This document shows, piece by piece, positions 12,905 through 25,321 of a stretch of 64,000 nt of DNA; positions within the stretch are counted from its first letter, which is position 1; each line of letters starts with the position of its first letter. The translations under genes and the position numbers were made by a program. Under the pieces are notes generated by a model, which worked only from the letters and a program-made list of their open reading frames with translations, was not told the origin of the DNA and ran no database searches. The stretch is taken from contig NC_057719.1 in NCBI RefSeq assembly GCF_004010195.1, forward strand, positions 54,621,971-54,685,970, written 5' to 3'. The DNA is from Chiloscyllium plagiosum (taxonomy: Eukaryota).

Positions 12905-13495
12905 TGGACGGAAGGGGGAACTGAGGGCCAGGGAAAATTGAGGAAGATGCTACAGTACGGGTGGGAAGTATTGAGAGGAAAGCAAGAGGATGAGAGACGG
13001 TGTAGAGAGGATGGGGTAATGCATAGGATGTGAGGTAGAGGGGGTAAAGGAGAGAATCATGAAACAAGGTAGAATGAGAGAGGGGAGGGAACAGAGGAAG
13101 TGAAAAAAGAAGAGAAAGTAGGAGTAGATGGGCTCAAGGAGAGGAAGAAGAGAGGTGGAGAGGCGAATGAGAGAGAGAGAGAGAGAGGGGAGCAGGCAGA
13201 TGGGAGATGATGAGAGTTGGAGAGAGATGGAGTGGAGGAGCATAGAGGTGGTGTAGTAGAGAGGTGTAAGAGTGGTTTGGAGAGATAAGGGATCAGAGCA
13301 AGTGAGATAACAAGGATGAGACAGATGCAGGCAGAGAAGAGAAAAGGAGAGGAGGAGAATTGCAGGAGAGAGCAGAGTAAGACTGGGGAAAGAGGGAGGA
13401 GAGTAGTGGGATACGGCAAATGAGTGGAGCTAAGCAGAAGAAGCATGGAACAGAATGGAGAGAGGCAAGCTGATTGAGCCGGGAGATAGGATAGA
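12905..13495 (+). repeat. About 590-bp purine-rich low-complexity tract with (GA)n core
   Basis: Strong G/A strand bias; (GA)n near 13170-13187. Confidence 0.9.
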
Positions 13496-14650
13496 GTCAT
13501 AAAGATGTACAGCTTGGAAACAGACCCTTCGGTCCAACCTGTCCATGCTGACCAGTTATCCCATCCCAATCTAGTCCCACCTGCCAGCACCTGGCCCATA
13601 TCCCTCCAAACCCTTCCTATTCATATACCCATCCAAATGACTCTTAAATATTGCAATTGTACCAGCCTCTACCACTTCCTCTGGCAGCTCATTCCATACC
13701 CGTACCACCCTCTGTGTAAAAAGGTTGCCCCTTAGGTTTGTTTTTTGTCTTTCCCCTCTCACCCTAAACCTATGCCCTCTAGTTCTGGACTCCCTGACCC
13801 CAGGGAAAAGACTTTGCCTATTTACCCTATCCATGCCCCTCATAATTTTGTAAATCTTTATAAGGTCACCCCTCCGCCTCTGACGGTCCAGGGAAAAACA
13901 ACCCTAGCCTGTTCAGCCTCTCCCTATATTTCAAATCCTCCAACCCTGGCAACATCCTTGTAAATCTTTTCTGAACCCTTTCAAAGTTTCACAACATCTT
14001 TCCGATAGGAAGGAGACCAGACTTGCACGCAATATTCCAACAGTGACCTAACCAATGTCCTGTATAGCCGCAACATGACCTCCCATCAATACTCTGACCA
14101 ATAAAGGAAAGCATACCACTATCCTATCTACCTGCGACTCCACTTTCAAGGAGCTATGAACCTGCACTCCAAGGTCTCTTTGTTCAGCAACACTCCCCAG
14201 GACCTTATCATTAAGTATAAGTCCTGCTAAGGTTTGCTTTCCCAAACTGCAACACCTCGCATTTATCTGAATTGAACTCCATCTGCCACTTCTCAGCCCA
14301 TTGGCCCATCTAGTCAAGATCCTGTTGAAATCTGACGTAACCCTCTTCACTGTCTACTACACCTCCAATTTTGGTGTCATCTGCAAACTTACTAACTGTA
14401 CCGCTTTTGCTTGCATCCAAATCATTTATGTAAATGACAAAAAGTAGAGGACCCTGCACCGATCTTTGTGGCACTCCACTGGTCACAGGCCTCCAGTCTG
14501 AAAAACAACCCTCCACCACCACCCTCTGTCTTCTACCTTTGAGCCAGTTCTGTATCCAAATGGCTAGTTCTCTCTGTATTCTGTGAGATCTAACCTTGCT
14601 AATCAGTCTCCCATCGGGAACCTTGTTGAATGCCTTACTGAAGTCTATTG
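13492..14650 (-). mobile_element. 5'-truncated CR1 LINE
   Basis: Minus ORFs with [24 protein letters not shown] and TRGH...WNELP; same subfamily as 1-616. Confidence 0.95.
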
Positions 14651-14722
14651 ATCATCTTGTAATCATGTCTGTCATGGAAATTAAATCTAAATCCTTTACA
14701 TTTATTTGTGCCATGAATTCAC

Positions 14723-14925
14723 CTGCATCTTCATATTGCAGCAGCTTCAGACAGTCAATGTTAAAGCAGTGCAAGTGGAGACAAATTGAAATCTGACGAC
14801 AGAACACTTGTGCATCGATATGCCCTTACAAAGATGCTTTCTCTCTTTCATAGTGCAGGCCCAATACCTGCTGCTGCTGCTGGGCTGGAAGAAGCCCTGT
14901 GACTGATATGTCCTGACCATAGAAT
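14723..14925 (-). CDS. Candidate exon with 5' UTR and start codon (MKMQ at 14734-14723)
   Basis: Long polypyrimidine tract ending ttccttgtcag, donor CAG|gtgaat, ATG with A at -3 preceded by an in-frame TGA. Confidence 0.45.
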
Positions 14926-15599
14926 CTGACAAGGAAGATAGAGGTGAGAGGAAGAGTAGAAGCAAGTTAAAAATAATACATTATAATAATAGTAATTGTA
15001 GCAATTAATATAACAAATGCTAATAAATCTATAATGATCCTGTTGTAATTAGTCTACATTAAACAAATTTCATGACACTAGAACTGGAACTCAGAAACAT
15101 CTCAGAGTGTCTGTGCTACCTCAACTATTTCTAAGCTGCAAATTGCAGGGTGTAGTCAATTCAGTTTCATTACTTGTTGATTGATTTCCACTGATTTCAG
15201 TTGATTGGTCCTGACCACTTAAAAGGCAAATAAATGTTTGCAGGTGATGTGGTAGAGGAAGACCATTTGATAATCTAATTGGAAGAGGCTCTTGTTTTAA
15301 AACAATATGTCATTTATTATATGATAGTGATCAGGTACAAGTTACACTGGTGTGTTGACATTGTTAGCACTAAGGGAGAGTTGGACAATGAGATTGAGAG
15401 CTGTTTTCTCTCACCCAAGTTTATTTGAAATTGTCATTTGTGATCATGCTTTATGCACTCACCAGTATTATCCATTTCAGAGCAAAACATTGTAACGTTA
15501 ATTCCAGTTCGAAACAGGGACAGAAATCACAGAACTTCGGGCTACTCCTGACTTGGGCCACAGGCTTCTCCCCATCCATAGTCACTGTCGAGGCATAGT

Positions 15600-15790
15600 G
15601 ACCCTGCCCCTGACCTAGCTGCAGTGGGCCAACCTCCTAACTCAAGTACAATGGCCATGCCCTCTACTTACATACATTGGGTCTGCCCTCACCCTAAGTA
15701 CAATAGGCCTGTCACTGATCTGAACACTATAGATCATCACCTGATGCAAACACTAAAACCCTGCCTTTAATCTGAAAACAGCAGACCCCT
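15600..15790. repeat. Degenerate minisatellite, about 26-bp period, about 7 units
   Basis: Units such as gccatgccctctacttacatacattgg, gtctgccctcaccctaagtacaatag, gcctgtcactgatctgaacactatag. Confidence 0.55.
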
Positions 15791-15892
15791 TACAGCATAG
15801 ATCCCGGATTACTGGGCATTATAAACTGTCCTCTTCCAGGTCATGGGTACAGTTCTTTACATCATTATACCCAAATGGAATAATTAAAAAAG

Positions 15893-16240
15893 GTGACGTG
15901 ATGGTCTAGTGGTATTATTGCTGGACTGTTCATCCAGAGACCTAGTTAATGTTCTGGGGATCCAGGTTCAAATCACACAATGGCAAATAGTAGAACTTGA
16001 ATTCATAAAAAAATCTGGAATTAAGAGTCTAATGATGACCATGAATCCATTGTCAATTGTCGGAAAAGCCCACCTGGTTCATTCATGTCCTTTATGAGGG
16101 ACACTGCCATCCTTATCTGGTCTGGGCTATATGTGACTCTTGACCCACAACAATGTGATTGACTCTTAATGGCCTTTTGAGCAATTAGGGATGGGTAATA
16201 AATGCTGGCCTTGCTGATGAAATCCTCATCCTGTGAATGC
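15893..16240 (+). mobile_element. tRNA-derived SINE (family B) with LINE-type tail
   Basis: A-box-like tggtctagtggta, B-box-like ggttcaaatc, body similar to 19540-19845 and 35160-35895, tail aataaatgctggcc. Confidence 0.8.
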
Positions 16241-16995
16241 ATTTTAAATAATATGCAAAGTGAACAGGGCACAATGTTGGCAGTCTGCCAGCTTTCTATT
16301 AAATGCCACTTAATTGGTTCTTGAGGCGATTAACAACCAATTTGACTATAATTTCAATTTGGTCTCATTGGCTTCATGGTCACCAGGGAACGTATAGTAT
16401 GGGAATTGTCGTAGGGTCAAATTAGCAGCATAAAAGGGATATGGGAAAAGTTGAAGAGAAGAAGGGAATGTCGAGTTGGAGGCTGCAGTTGAAATTGTAT
16501 GAGAGATTAGGAAAATGCTCTAAGTTCACTTTGTACGCAATTCTGAAGGAGAACTACGGAAAGATTCAAACTAAGGGAGTTAGGAAAAGAGAACATTCCT
16601 AGTGGCTGATCTATCACAGATTATCCTGGAAAGGCAAATTATCTTAAATTTGTAAGAATAGTTTCTGCAAGCCATTTCATGCTATTCCTATACAGTTGTT
16701 ATGCAAGTGGTATTTTCCACACATATGTTTCAGCTATTGGTACAAAATGACAATTTTCCCTCAACACAATTGAGCAACATGATGCATAAATTTCAGTGTT
16801 GACGTAGTGCCAAGTACACTAGTCGTTTCACCTAACAATTGGCAAATTGAATTCAACAGCACTTTCTTTCAGGTGCACATAATATGTAAAATCCAAAGTA
16901 AACATCAACTACCAGATATGATTCTCTTATTGAACAACATTTGGTGAAGAGTTCTGATTGTGCTAATCATTGCACTAACAACCAATTTAATGTAA

Positions 16996-17207
16996 AAACC
17001 GAAAGGACTGCGGATTCTAAAAATCAGAAACAAAAACAGAAGTTGCTGGAAAAGCTCAGGAGGTCTGGCTGCATCTGTAAGTCAGAGTTAACGTATCAGA
17101 TCCACTGGATTCTGAGGAAGGGTCACCGGACCCAAAACATTAACCCTGATTTCTCTTCACAAATGCTACCAGACCTGCTGAGCTTTTCCAGCAACTTCTG
17201 TTTTTGT
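16996..17207. mobile_element. Palindromic mini-element derived from a PLE terminal repeat
   Basis: Inverted arms (aaacagaagttgctggaaaagctcag / ctgagcttttccagcaacttctgttt), decayed hammerhead core ctgaggaagggtcaccggacccaaaac, 16-bp TSD at 16980-16995 and 17208-17223 (1 mismatch). Confidence 0.85.
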
Positions 17208-18704
17208 AACCAATTTAACGTAATTTGTCAAGCTCATACTGTAGCTTATTTACATTCTTGTTAAAAATGACATATATTCATATGCAGTGATCTATTCGCT
17301 ACAAAAATAAATGTTCAAGCCCTGTGCCTTATTTTTAAATTATAGGAGATCTTGGTCAGTCTAAAGTTTTTCATAGTTGTCACCATGGCAACATTCTGTT
17401 GAATCAGACTCCAGTTGCCAACCAATTGTCATCTTTTTTCTTCTGAAGTATAAATTATTATGGTTGTTAAAATTTGACTTTCTTGCACCTGTTTTTGATG
17501 AGTTACAAACTGTATATCAACATGAATCTTTTTTCAGCAATATTCAGGTTCTGTACTACCAATCAATTGTTTGTAAATCAAAGAGCCAGTCTGTATTTGA
17601 CAAAAGCATTTTAAGGCTCAATTGGAACCACACTGATAAAGTGAACATTCCTCAATTTTAAGCTCTGCCAGAGACATTTCCATGCCTGTCCCTTTACTCA
17701 CAGCCCCAGCATGCAGGCTTTGTTCCAACAACTACCACTGATGGTTAGTGGGAAAAAGATGTCCCTTTAATTTTCTGTATCTAAAGCTGTCCTTCATTAT
17801 TTTAAACTTATAAAATGACACCTTTCCACTTTCCACCCAGTGGGATCATTTAGAAATGCAAAATCTGTATACATATTTGCCATTTCTTTGCTTTGCCTCA
17901 AGGAGCTGCACCTGTACTGCATGATGATTACATTAAACTGTGACTCAAGAAGCTAATAGAATCCCAAGCTATCATTCTGACAGCTGCACTGAATACACTG
18001 AATGCTCTACAATCAGTAAAATTTGTAATCTCTCATTTCTCAATTGCATTCTTTGAGCCAGAGAATTTTCAGATCAAAATAATTTATTGAGTCAGCTTAA
18101 TCCATTATAGTGCAATATTCTTTATGGGGGAGGAGATGGCCAAGTGGTATTATCACCCTTAACAATTTCTCTTTTGAATCCTCCCACTTCCTCCAGACCA
18201 AAGGGGTAGCCATGGGCACACATATGGGCCCCAGTTATGCCTGTCTCTTTGTTGGCTTCGTAGAACAGTTCACCTTCCGTAATTACACCGGCACCACTCC
18301 CCACCTCTTCCTCCGCTACATTGATGACTGCATTGGCGTCACCTCGTGTTCCCAGGAGGAGGTTGAGCAGTTCATCAACTTCACCAACACATTCCACCCT
18401 GACCTTAAATTCACCTGGACCATCTCTGACATCTCCCTCCCCTTCCAGGACCCCTCCATCTCCATTAATAACGACCGACTTGACACCAACATTTTTTTAC
18501 AAACCCACTGACTCCCACAGCTACCTGGATTACACCTCTTCCCACCCTACATCTTGCAAAAATGCCATCCCGTATTCCCAATTCCTCCGCCTCTGCCGTA
18601 TCTGCTCCCAGGAGGACCAGTTCCACCACAGAACACACCAGATGGCCTCCTTCTCTAGAGACCGCAATTTCCCTTCCCACGTGGTCAAAGATGCCCTCCA
18701 ACGC

Positions 18705-19299
18705 NNNNNNNNNNNNNNNNNNNNNNNNNNNNNNNNNNNNNNNNNNNNNNNNNNNNNNNNNNNNNNNNNNNNNNNNNNNNNNNNNNNNNNNNNNNNNNNN
18801 NNNNNNNNNNNNNNNNNNNNNNNNNNNNNNNNNNNNNNNNNNNNNNNNNNNNNNNNNNNNNNNNNNNNNNNNNNNNNNNNNNNNNNNNNNNNNNNNNNNN
18901 NNNNNNNNNNNNNNNNNNNNNNNNNNNNNNNNNNNNNNNNNNNNNNNNNNNNNNNNNNNNNNNNNNNNNNNNNNNNNNNNNNNNNNNNNNNNNNNNNNNN
19001 NNNNNNNNNNNNNNNNNNNNNNNNNNNNNNNNNNNNNNNNNNNNNNNNNNNNNNNNNNNNNNNNNNNNNNNNNNNNNNNNNNNNNNNNNNNNNNNNNNNN
19101 NNNNNNNNNNNNNNNNNNNNNNNNNNNNNNNNNNNNNNNNNNNNNNNNNNNNNNNNNNNNNNNNNNNNNNNNNNNNNNNNNNNNNNNNNNNNNNNNNNNN
19201 NNNNNNNNNNNNNNNNNNNNNNNNNNNNNNNNNNNNNNNNNNNNNNNNNNNNNNNNNNNNNNNNNNNNNNNNNNNNNNNNNNNNNNNNNNNNNNNNNNN
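18705..19299. other. Assembly gap
   Basis: Run of N. Confidence 1.
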
Positions 19300-19402
19300 A
19301 CCTCCATCCCCACCCCCATTCACCTATTGTACTCTATGCTACTTTCTTCCCACCCCCACCCTCCTCTCATTTATCTCTCCACCCTGCAGGCATTCTGCCT
19401 CT

Positions 19403-19440
19403 ATTCCTGATGAAGGGCTTTAGCCTGAAACGTTGATTTT
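19403..19440 (+). ncRNA. Minimal type I hammerhead ribozyme motif in the PLE terminal repeat
   Basis: CTGATGA-a-gggc-ttta-gcct-GAAA-cgtt. Confidence 0.7.
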
Positions 19441-22400
19441 CCTGCTCCTCGGATGCTGCCTGAACAGCTGTGCTTTTCCAGCACCACTCTTATCTACACT
19501 CTGGTTTCCAGCATCTGCAATCATTGTTCTTACCCTGTTAAGAGACCCAGCTAATTTTTGGCCTGTGTTTGAATCCTGCCATGGCAGTTAGTGGAATTTG
19601 AATTCAATTAATATCTGGAATTAAGAGTCTAATGATGACCATGAACACAATGTCGATTGTCAGGGGAAACCTGCATTTGGTACATTAATATCTTTTAGGT
19701 GAGGAAACTGCCATCTTTACCTGGTTTGGCCGACATGTGACTCCAGACCCGCAGCAATGTAGTTGACTCTTAACAATTAGGTATAGGCAATAAATGCTGG
19801 CCTAGCCAGTGATACCTTCATCATGTGAATGAATAAAAAAAAATTCATATAGCACATCACACTTTGTTTAACTCTGTCAGAATATCCATCACAATCTTGT
19901 CTCTTGAGTAGTCTAGATTCGCCTAAAAGGCATTTACATTGTATGCCTCCGCTACTTAAGTTGTTCAAATGTCTTTATTCTTCATGATAAACATTTTATT
20001 CATGAGGCATCTTATTAACCACCTAGTTTTGCTCATGGACATGAATTGCATTTGCAATAGCTTTTATAAATACAGAAATTCTATTTCTGGCAGTCTCATT
20101 CTAGATTCAAAACTGCACATGGAATGATCACATCATAGTAGTTGCAAAATTCTATATGTAGAATATTATTTTTCTGCAACAGTAGCAGGCAGCAGCAGTC
20201 CCCCAGGTCATTGATCCTGAGTTTCTATCCAGTTTTACCCATTAACTCTGATAATCTATTGGAATTGCAATGGGAATATGGGAAACCCTTGCAGAATTCT
20301 GCCCATGAAACACTATATATGTCATTTAACAGTACAACATTCTCTGCGAATATGACAAATTGGAGTATTTTTGTCTATTATTGGGTTCCTTTAGATCGGT
20401 TACAATACATATGGAATTGACAATCTGCTGAATTAACAATTGATCACCTCAGCCATATCTGGTAAAATATTGGGATCTTGAAGCTATTGGCTAGAGGCAG
20501 GATAGCAGCTGAACAATTTAAACCAAAACAAAAAAGAATTGTGTAAGTTATTTGATTATGTACTTGACCTGCAGCATTTTTTGGAGTACGTTTCTTGTTT
20601 GAACTCATAAAAGTTCAGCAACTATCTGAGGAATGAGATTATAAGAAAAATATGGTCGTGAGGAAGACGGGTTGGGTCGTAGATAGTGATGTATATCAAC
20701 AAAACAATTCAACATAGACAAAAGTTTAATGATAAAATAAATCATGTAGTATTTCTTTGTGAGTGTGTCCTGCTAATATAGTCAGTTTAGGGGGAAAGGA
20801 GGAGAAGTACTGTGAAGGATGATTCTAACTGACATCTGTTGAAAGGCTTTTCTGAAAAACACACAGTGAATAAAGTTGATGAAAAGTTTTTCAAACATTA
20901 CAAAGGCAATTCAGAACATGCAACATGGCTCCAGATGGTTGATTTTCATTATTAATACCAATATAATTGCTGTGACTTACAGCACTGTATCACGACTAAA
21001 TTATCTCCATTGTGTTGCTATTGGCACAGCTAGGAACAGAACCATGCATATTGAAAATATGATGAGATTTGCGTGCCAATTTTTGTAGATTATTATCAAC
21101 AATTTGACTATTCCTCCACCCCCACAGCAACACAGCAATGCGATTCCAACATGACAGAGTGAAGAATTTAATTTCCTGTTTGGAGAGGAGCAACAAAAGT
21201 CAACTATTTCAGCTCTTCACTGCTACTATACTACTGGAATGAAAACGTGTTCATGTGTACCTCAGTGAAAAGAAAAGGAAAATGAACAGAAATTTATTTT
21301 AAAACAGCTGGCAGATACCAGAGTTATAGTTTAGTATCGTAAGTATAATTAAAACTATTTCTCCCAAGTTCATTCTATGCATCCAGAAGTAATAAAGTGG
21401 TGAAGAGGAATTATTTCTCACTCAAAAGGGTGTTAGGAATAAAATCTACAATAGAATGAAGAAATAAATAAAGAGATAGCTTTTCCGTTAACTTTCATGT
21501 TAGTAGCATGATGAAATTCCCACAACCCACTTGACTCTTCTGCTAACCTATTCAAAATCATTTAGAAGGGTCTCATTAAGTGTGCAGGGTCAATTGGCAG
21601 GGAAAGCTTTAGTGTAAAGAGCAATCATAATTAACTGCAGAGCTGTACTGAGTTAAGAATTTACACCAGAACCAACTTCATGGATTTCTATTTCATGCAT
21701 TGCTCGGACCAGTGGGAAGAACTTTGATTTCACAGATAGACAAAGCTATCAATAGCTGCAACAAATCCATCAGTTTCCCAGATGCATAGTCTTCAATGAC
21801 ATTACCTAGTAAAGAAAATCCTTAGGAGACCTTTAGGCTAGTAAACCATGCAGAATAAGACCATAGGGTATAAGAGCAGAATTAGGCCTTTGCGCCCATC
21901 AGGTCTGCTCAACAACTTGTTCATGACTGATATGTTTCTAAGTCCCATTCTCCTGCCTTCTCCCCGTAACCATTAATAATCAAGAACCTATCTATCTCTG
22001 TCTTAAAGGCGTGGAATAACCCAGTCACCACAGCTTTCTGTGGAAATGAATTCCACAGATTCACCACCCTTTGGCTGAAGAAATCCCTTCTTATCTCAGT
22101 TCAAAAGGATCATTGCCCTTGGATCCTAGTCTCTCTTACCACTGCAAACTTCTTCTCCATATCTACTCTTTCTAGGCCTCTCGGTATTCTGTAAGTTTTA
22201 ATGAGGTTCCTCCCTTGTCTTTCTAAACTCTTCCATGTAGATTCCTTCAAAATATGACAAGCTCTTCCTCCCTGGGATCGTTCGGGTGAACCTCCTCTGG
22301 ACCCCCTCCAAAGCAAGTACATTCTTCCGTAGATACGAGATCCAAAACTGCTCATGATATTCCAAATATACTCAAACTATCCTCAGCAATATATCCCTGC

Positions 22401-22627
22401 TCTGATGTTGTAGCTCTTTTGAAATAAATGCTAAAATTGCATTTGCCTTCTGAACTGCCAACTGAACCTACATGTTAACCTTAAAAAAATTCTGAACTGG
22501 GAGTCCTAAGTCCTTTTTTGCTTCAGATTTGCAAAGCCTTTCCCCATTCAGAAAATAGTCTACAACTATATTCTTAGTTAAAAATCACACAACACCAGGT
22601 TATAGTCCAACAGGTTTCATTGGAAGC

Positions 22628-22663
22628 ACACTAGCTTTCGGAGCAACGCTCCTTCGTCAGGTG
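22628..22663 (-). ncRNA. Hammerhead ribozyme motif with intact core
   Basis: Minus strand cac-CTGACGA-a-ggagc-gtt-gctcc-GAAA-gcta-gtg: perfect 5-bp stem II, palindromic AGCT stem III, CUA cleavage triplet, cac/gtg stem I. Confidence 0.75.
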
Positions 22664-22842
22664 ATTGTGGAGGGCTCGATTGTACAGGTGATCACCATTG
22701 CACTATACACACACACACAGATATTCCTACACACACACACTCTCACATACACACGGACACAGATACACACAGACGCGCACACAGACACCCACACACACCC
22801 TTATAGATACACAGACTCCCACACATGCACCCTCCTCACAGA

Positions 22843-23835
22843 NNNNNNNNNNNNNNNNNNNNNNNNNNNNNNNNNNNNNNNNNNNNNNNNNNNNNNNNNN
22901 NNNNNNNNNNNNNNNNNNNNNNNNNNNNNNNNNNNNNNNNNNNNNNNNNNNNNNNNNNNNNNNNNNNNNNNNNNNNNNNNNNNNNNNNNNNNNNNNNNNN
23001 NNNNNNNNNNNNNNNNNNNNNNNNNNNNNNNNNNNNNNNNNNNNNNNNNNNNNNNNNNNNNNNNNNNNNNNNNNNNNNNNNNNNNNNNNNNNNNNNNNNN
23101 NNNNNNNNNNNNNNNNNNNNNNNNNNNNNNNNNNNNNNNNNNNNNNNNNNNNNNNNNNNNNNNNNNNNNNNNNNNNNNNNNNNNNNNNNNNNNNNNNNNN
23201 NNNNNNNNNNNNNNNNNNNNNNNNNNNNNNNNNNNNNNNNNNNNNNNNNNNNNNNNNNNNNNNNNNNNNNNNNNNNNNNNNNNNNNNNNNNNNNNNNNNN
23301 NNNNNNNNNNNNNNNNNNNNNNNNNNNNNNNNNNNNNNNNNNNNNNNNNNNNNNNNNNNNNNNNNNNNNNNNNNNNNNNNNNNNNNNNNNNNNNNNNNNN
23401 NNNNNNNNNNNNNNNNNNNNNNNNNNNNNNNNNNNNNNNNNNNNNNNNNNNNNNNNNNNNNNNNNNNNNNNNNNNNNNNNNNNNNNNNNNNNNNNNNNNN
23501 NNNNNNNNNNNNNNNNNNNNNNNNNNNNNNNNNNNNNNNNNNNNNNNNNNNNNNNNNNNNNNNNNNNNNNNNNNNNNNNNNNNNNNNNNNNNNNNNNNNN
23601 NNNNNNNNNNNNNNNNNNNNNNNNNNNNNNNNNNNNNNNNNNNNNNNNNNNNNNNNNNNNNNNNNNNNNNNNNNNNNNNNNNNNNNNNNNNNNNNNNNNN
23701 NNNNNNNNNNNNNNNNNNNNNNNNNNNNNNNNNNNNNNNNNNNNNNNNNNNNNNNNNNNNNNNNNNNNNNNNNNNNNNNNNNNNNNNNNNNNNNNNNNNN
23801 NNNNNNNNNNNNNNNNNNNNNNNNNNNNNNNNNNN
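22843..23835. other. Assembly gap
   Basis: Run of N. Confidence 1.
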
Positions 23836-24383
23836 TCTAGTTATCACCATTGTTAACAGCTAACCCGAGAATGCAACTTTTAAAAAAAAGGGTTTTGTGA
23901 TTTACACATGAAAGAAGTGAAACTATCACTGTATTCTAACAGATGAAAGGCTTAACAGACAATCAATTCTTCAATGTATAATTTCAGTTACATCACACTG
24001 CAAATTTTTGCTATACATTCTGTGTTACGATCGAGCCCTCCACAATCACCTGATGAAGGAGCGTCGCTCCAAAAGCTAGTGTGCTTCCAATTAAACCTGT
24101 TGGACTATAACCTGGCGTTGTGTGATTTTTAACTTTGTACACCCCAGTCCAACACCGGCATCTCCGAATCATAACTATAGTCTTCATGCCAAAGTGTATC
24201 TCCTCACACTTACCCACATTATATTCCATCTGCCATTTCTTTGCCCACTCTCCTAGCCTGTCCAAATCCTTCCACAACCTCCCCATTTCCTCAGTAATAT
24301 CTGTCCCTCCAACTACCCTTGTGTCATCTGCAAACATAACAACAATGACTTCAGTTCATTTATCCAGATCATTAATGACCACA

Positions 24384-24796
24384 TGTATAGTTGTGGTCTG
24401 TACAGGAAGGGCTAACATTGTTGATGATATTCGACGGCTGCATGACCTTGAATGAATCCTGGGAACATTCCTGTACTTGGCGAAGATAGCACAATCAAGA
24501 ATGTTTCTCTACTTACTGTTTGTTACACTGCATAAGAGAGAGAGTTTTGTTCTGACTCATTGGACTTCACCTTGGACTGGGATCATGAACGGTGCTAGGA
24601 ACGATGGTAAGCCTCTCGCTCAACCATCGATGGAGAGGTCCCAGATGGGCAGAATGGCATGAGACTTATTGCTTTTATTCCTTTCTTTTTCATTTGCATT
24701 TTTAATTATTACCTAATAAACATTCATATTTAAGCAGTTTTCTGCCGTCGAGTCTTAACTATTTTTAAGAGAATCTGAAGAACTCCTTGGCTACAC
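24384..24796 (+). mobile_element. Non-CR1 insertion within the CR1, possibly a solo LTR
   Basis: Interrupts CR1 homology, TGT...ACA ends, AATAAA near 24715; no TSD seen. Confidence 0.35.
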
Positions 24797-25321
24797 TTTA
24801 TGATTCAAGACACTAAATTGCTGATTATCTCCTCAAAGGTCTAACAGATTTGTCAAACATGACCTTCCCTTGACGAAACTGTGCTAACTCAGCCCTATCT
24901 TACCATTTACATCTTGAACTCCACAATCTTATCCTTAACACTAGACATTAACACTTTACTAACAACTGAGGGAAGGCTAACCAGGCTATAATTTCCCACT
25001 TATTATCTCCCTCCCTTCTTAATCAGGGATGACATTGCCCATTTTCCAGTCCTCTTGTATCTTCCCTGACTCCAATGATTCCTGAGAGATCAGCACCAAT
25101 GTTTCCAAAATGTCTTCAGGAATCTCCTTCAGAACCTGGGGTACAGTTCATCCAGTCTGGGTGATATTTCCACCTTCAGAGCTTTCAGCTTCCACAACAC
25201 ATTCTCCTTAGTGATGGCCACTAATCCACTTCTCCCATAGACTCTTGAAATTCTCTTAAATGCAAGAGACACTGATTAATCTATTGTCTTCCATATCCTT
25301 ACCTCCTTCTTATCATAGCAC

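Larger units (their letters stand above)
18150..19535 (+). mobile_element. Penelope-like element, 5'-truncated, with RT and terminal repeat
   Basis: PLE RT motifs QTKGVAMGTHMGPSYACLF, RYIDD, YKPTDSHSYLDYTSSHP, AIPYSQFLR; one frameshift; gap inside. Confidence 0.95.
18125..19845 (+). mobile_element. Family-B SINE split by a PLE insertion (head 18125-18150, remainder 19536-19845)
   Basis: Head gatggccaagtggtattatc resumes as ctgttaagagacccagctaat after the PLE; aligns by eye with 15893-16240. Confidence 0.75.
22576..24172 (+). mobile_element. Penelope-like element (second family) with inverted 5' terminal repeat and CA-rich interior
   Basis: About 105-bp inverted repeat (22577-22682 versus ~24029-24134) with hammerhead cores; 12-bp TSD aactata(t/g)tctt at 22564-22575 and 24173-24184; interior mostly gap. 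Confidence 0.8.
21855..25250 (-). mobile_element. Older CR1 LINE interrupted by a PLE and another insertion
   Basis: Minus ORFs FADDTRVVGG...WAKKWQMEYNVGKC and NLIKTYRI..GLERVD; tail near 21860. Confidence 0.9.

Noticed and set aside
12756..13599. Leu/Ser/Pro-rich ORFs
   Set aside because: Translation of the low-complexity purine tract
18321..23863. Long ORFs of 200-400 aa in the track
   Set aside because: They are long only because they run through N gaps; the real coding part is PLE RT
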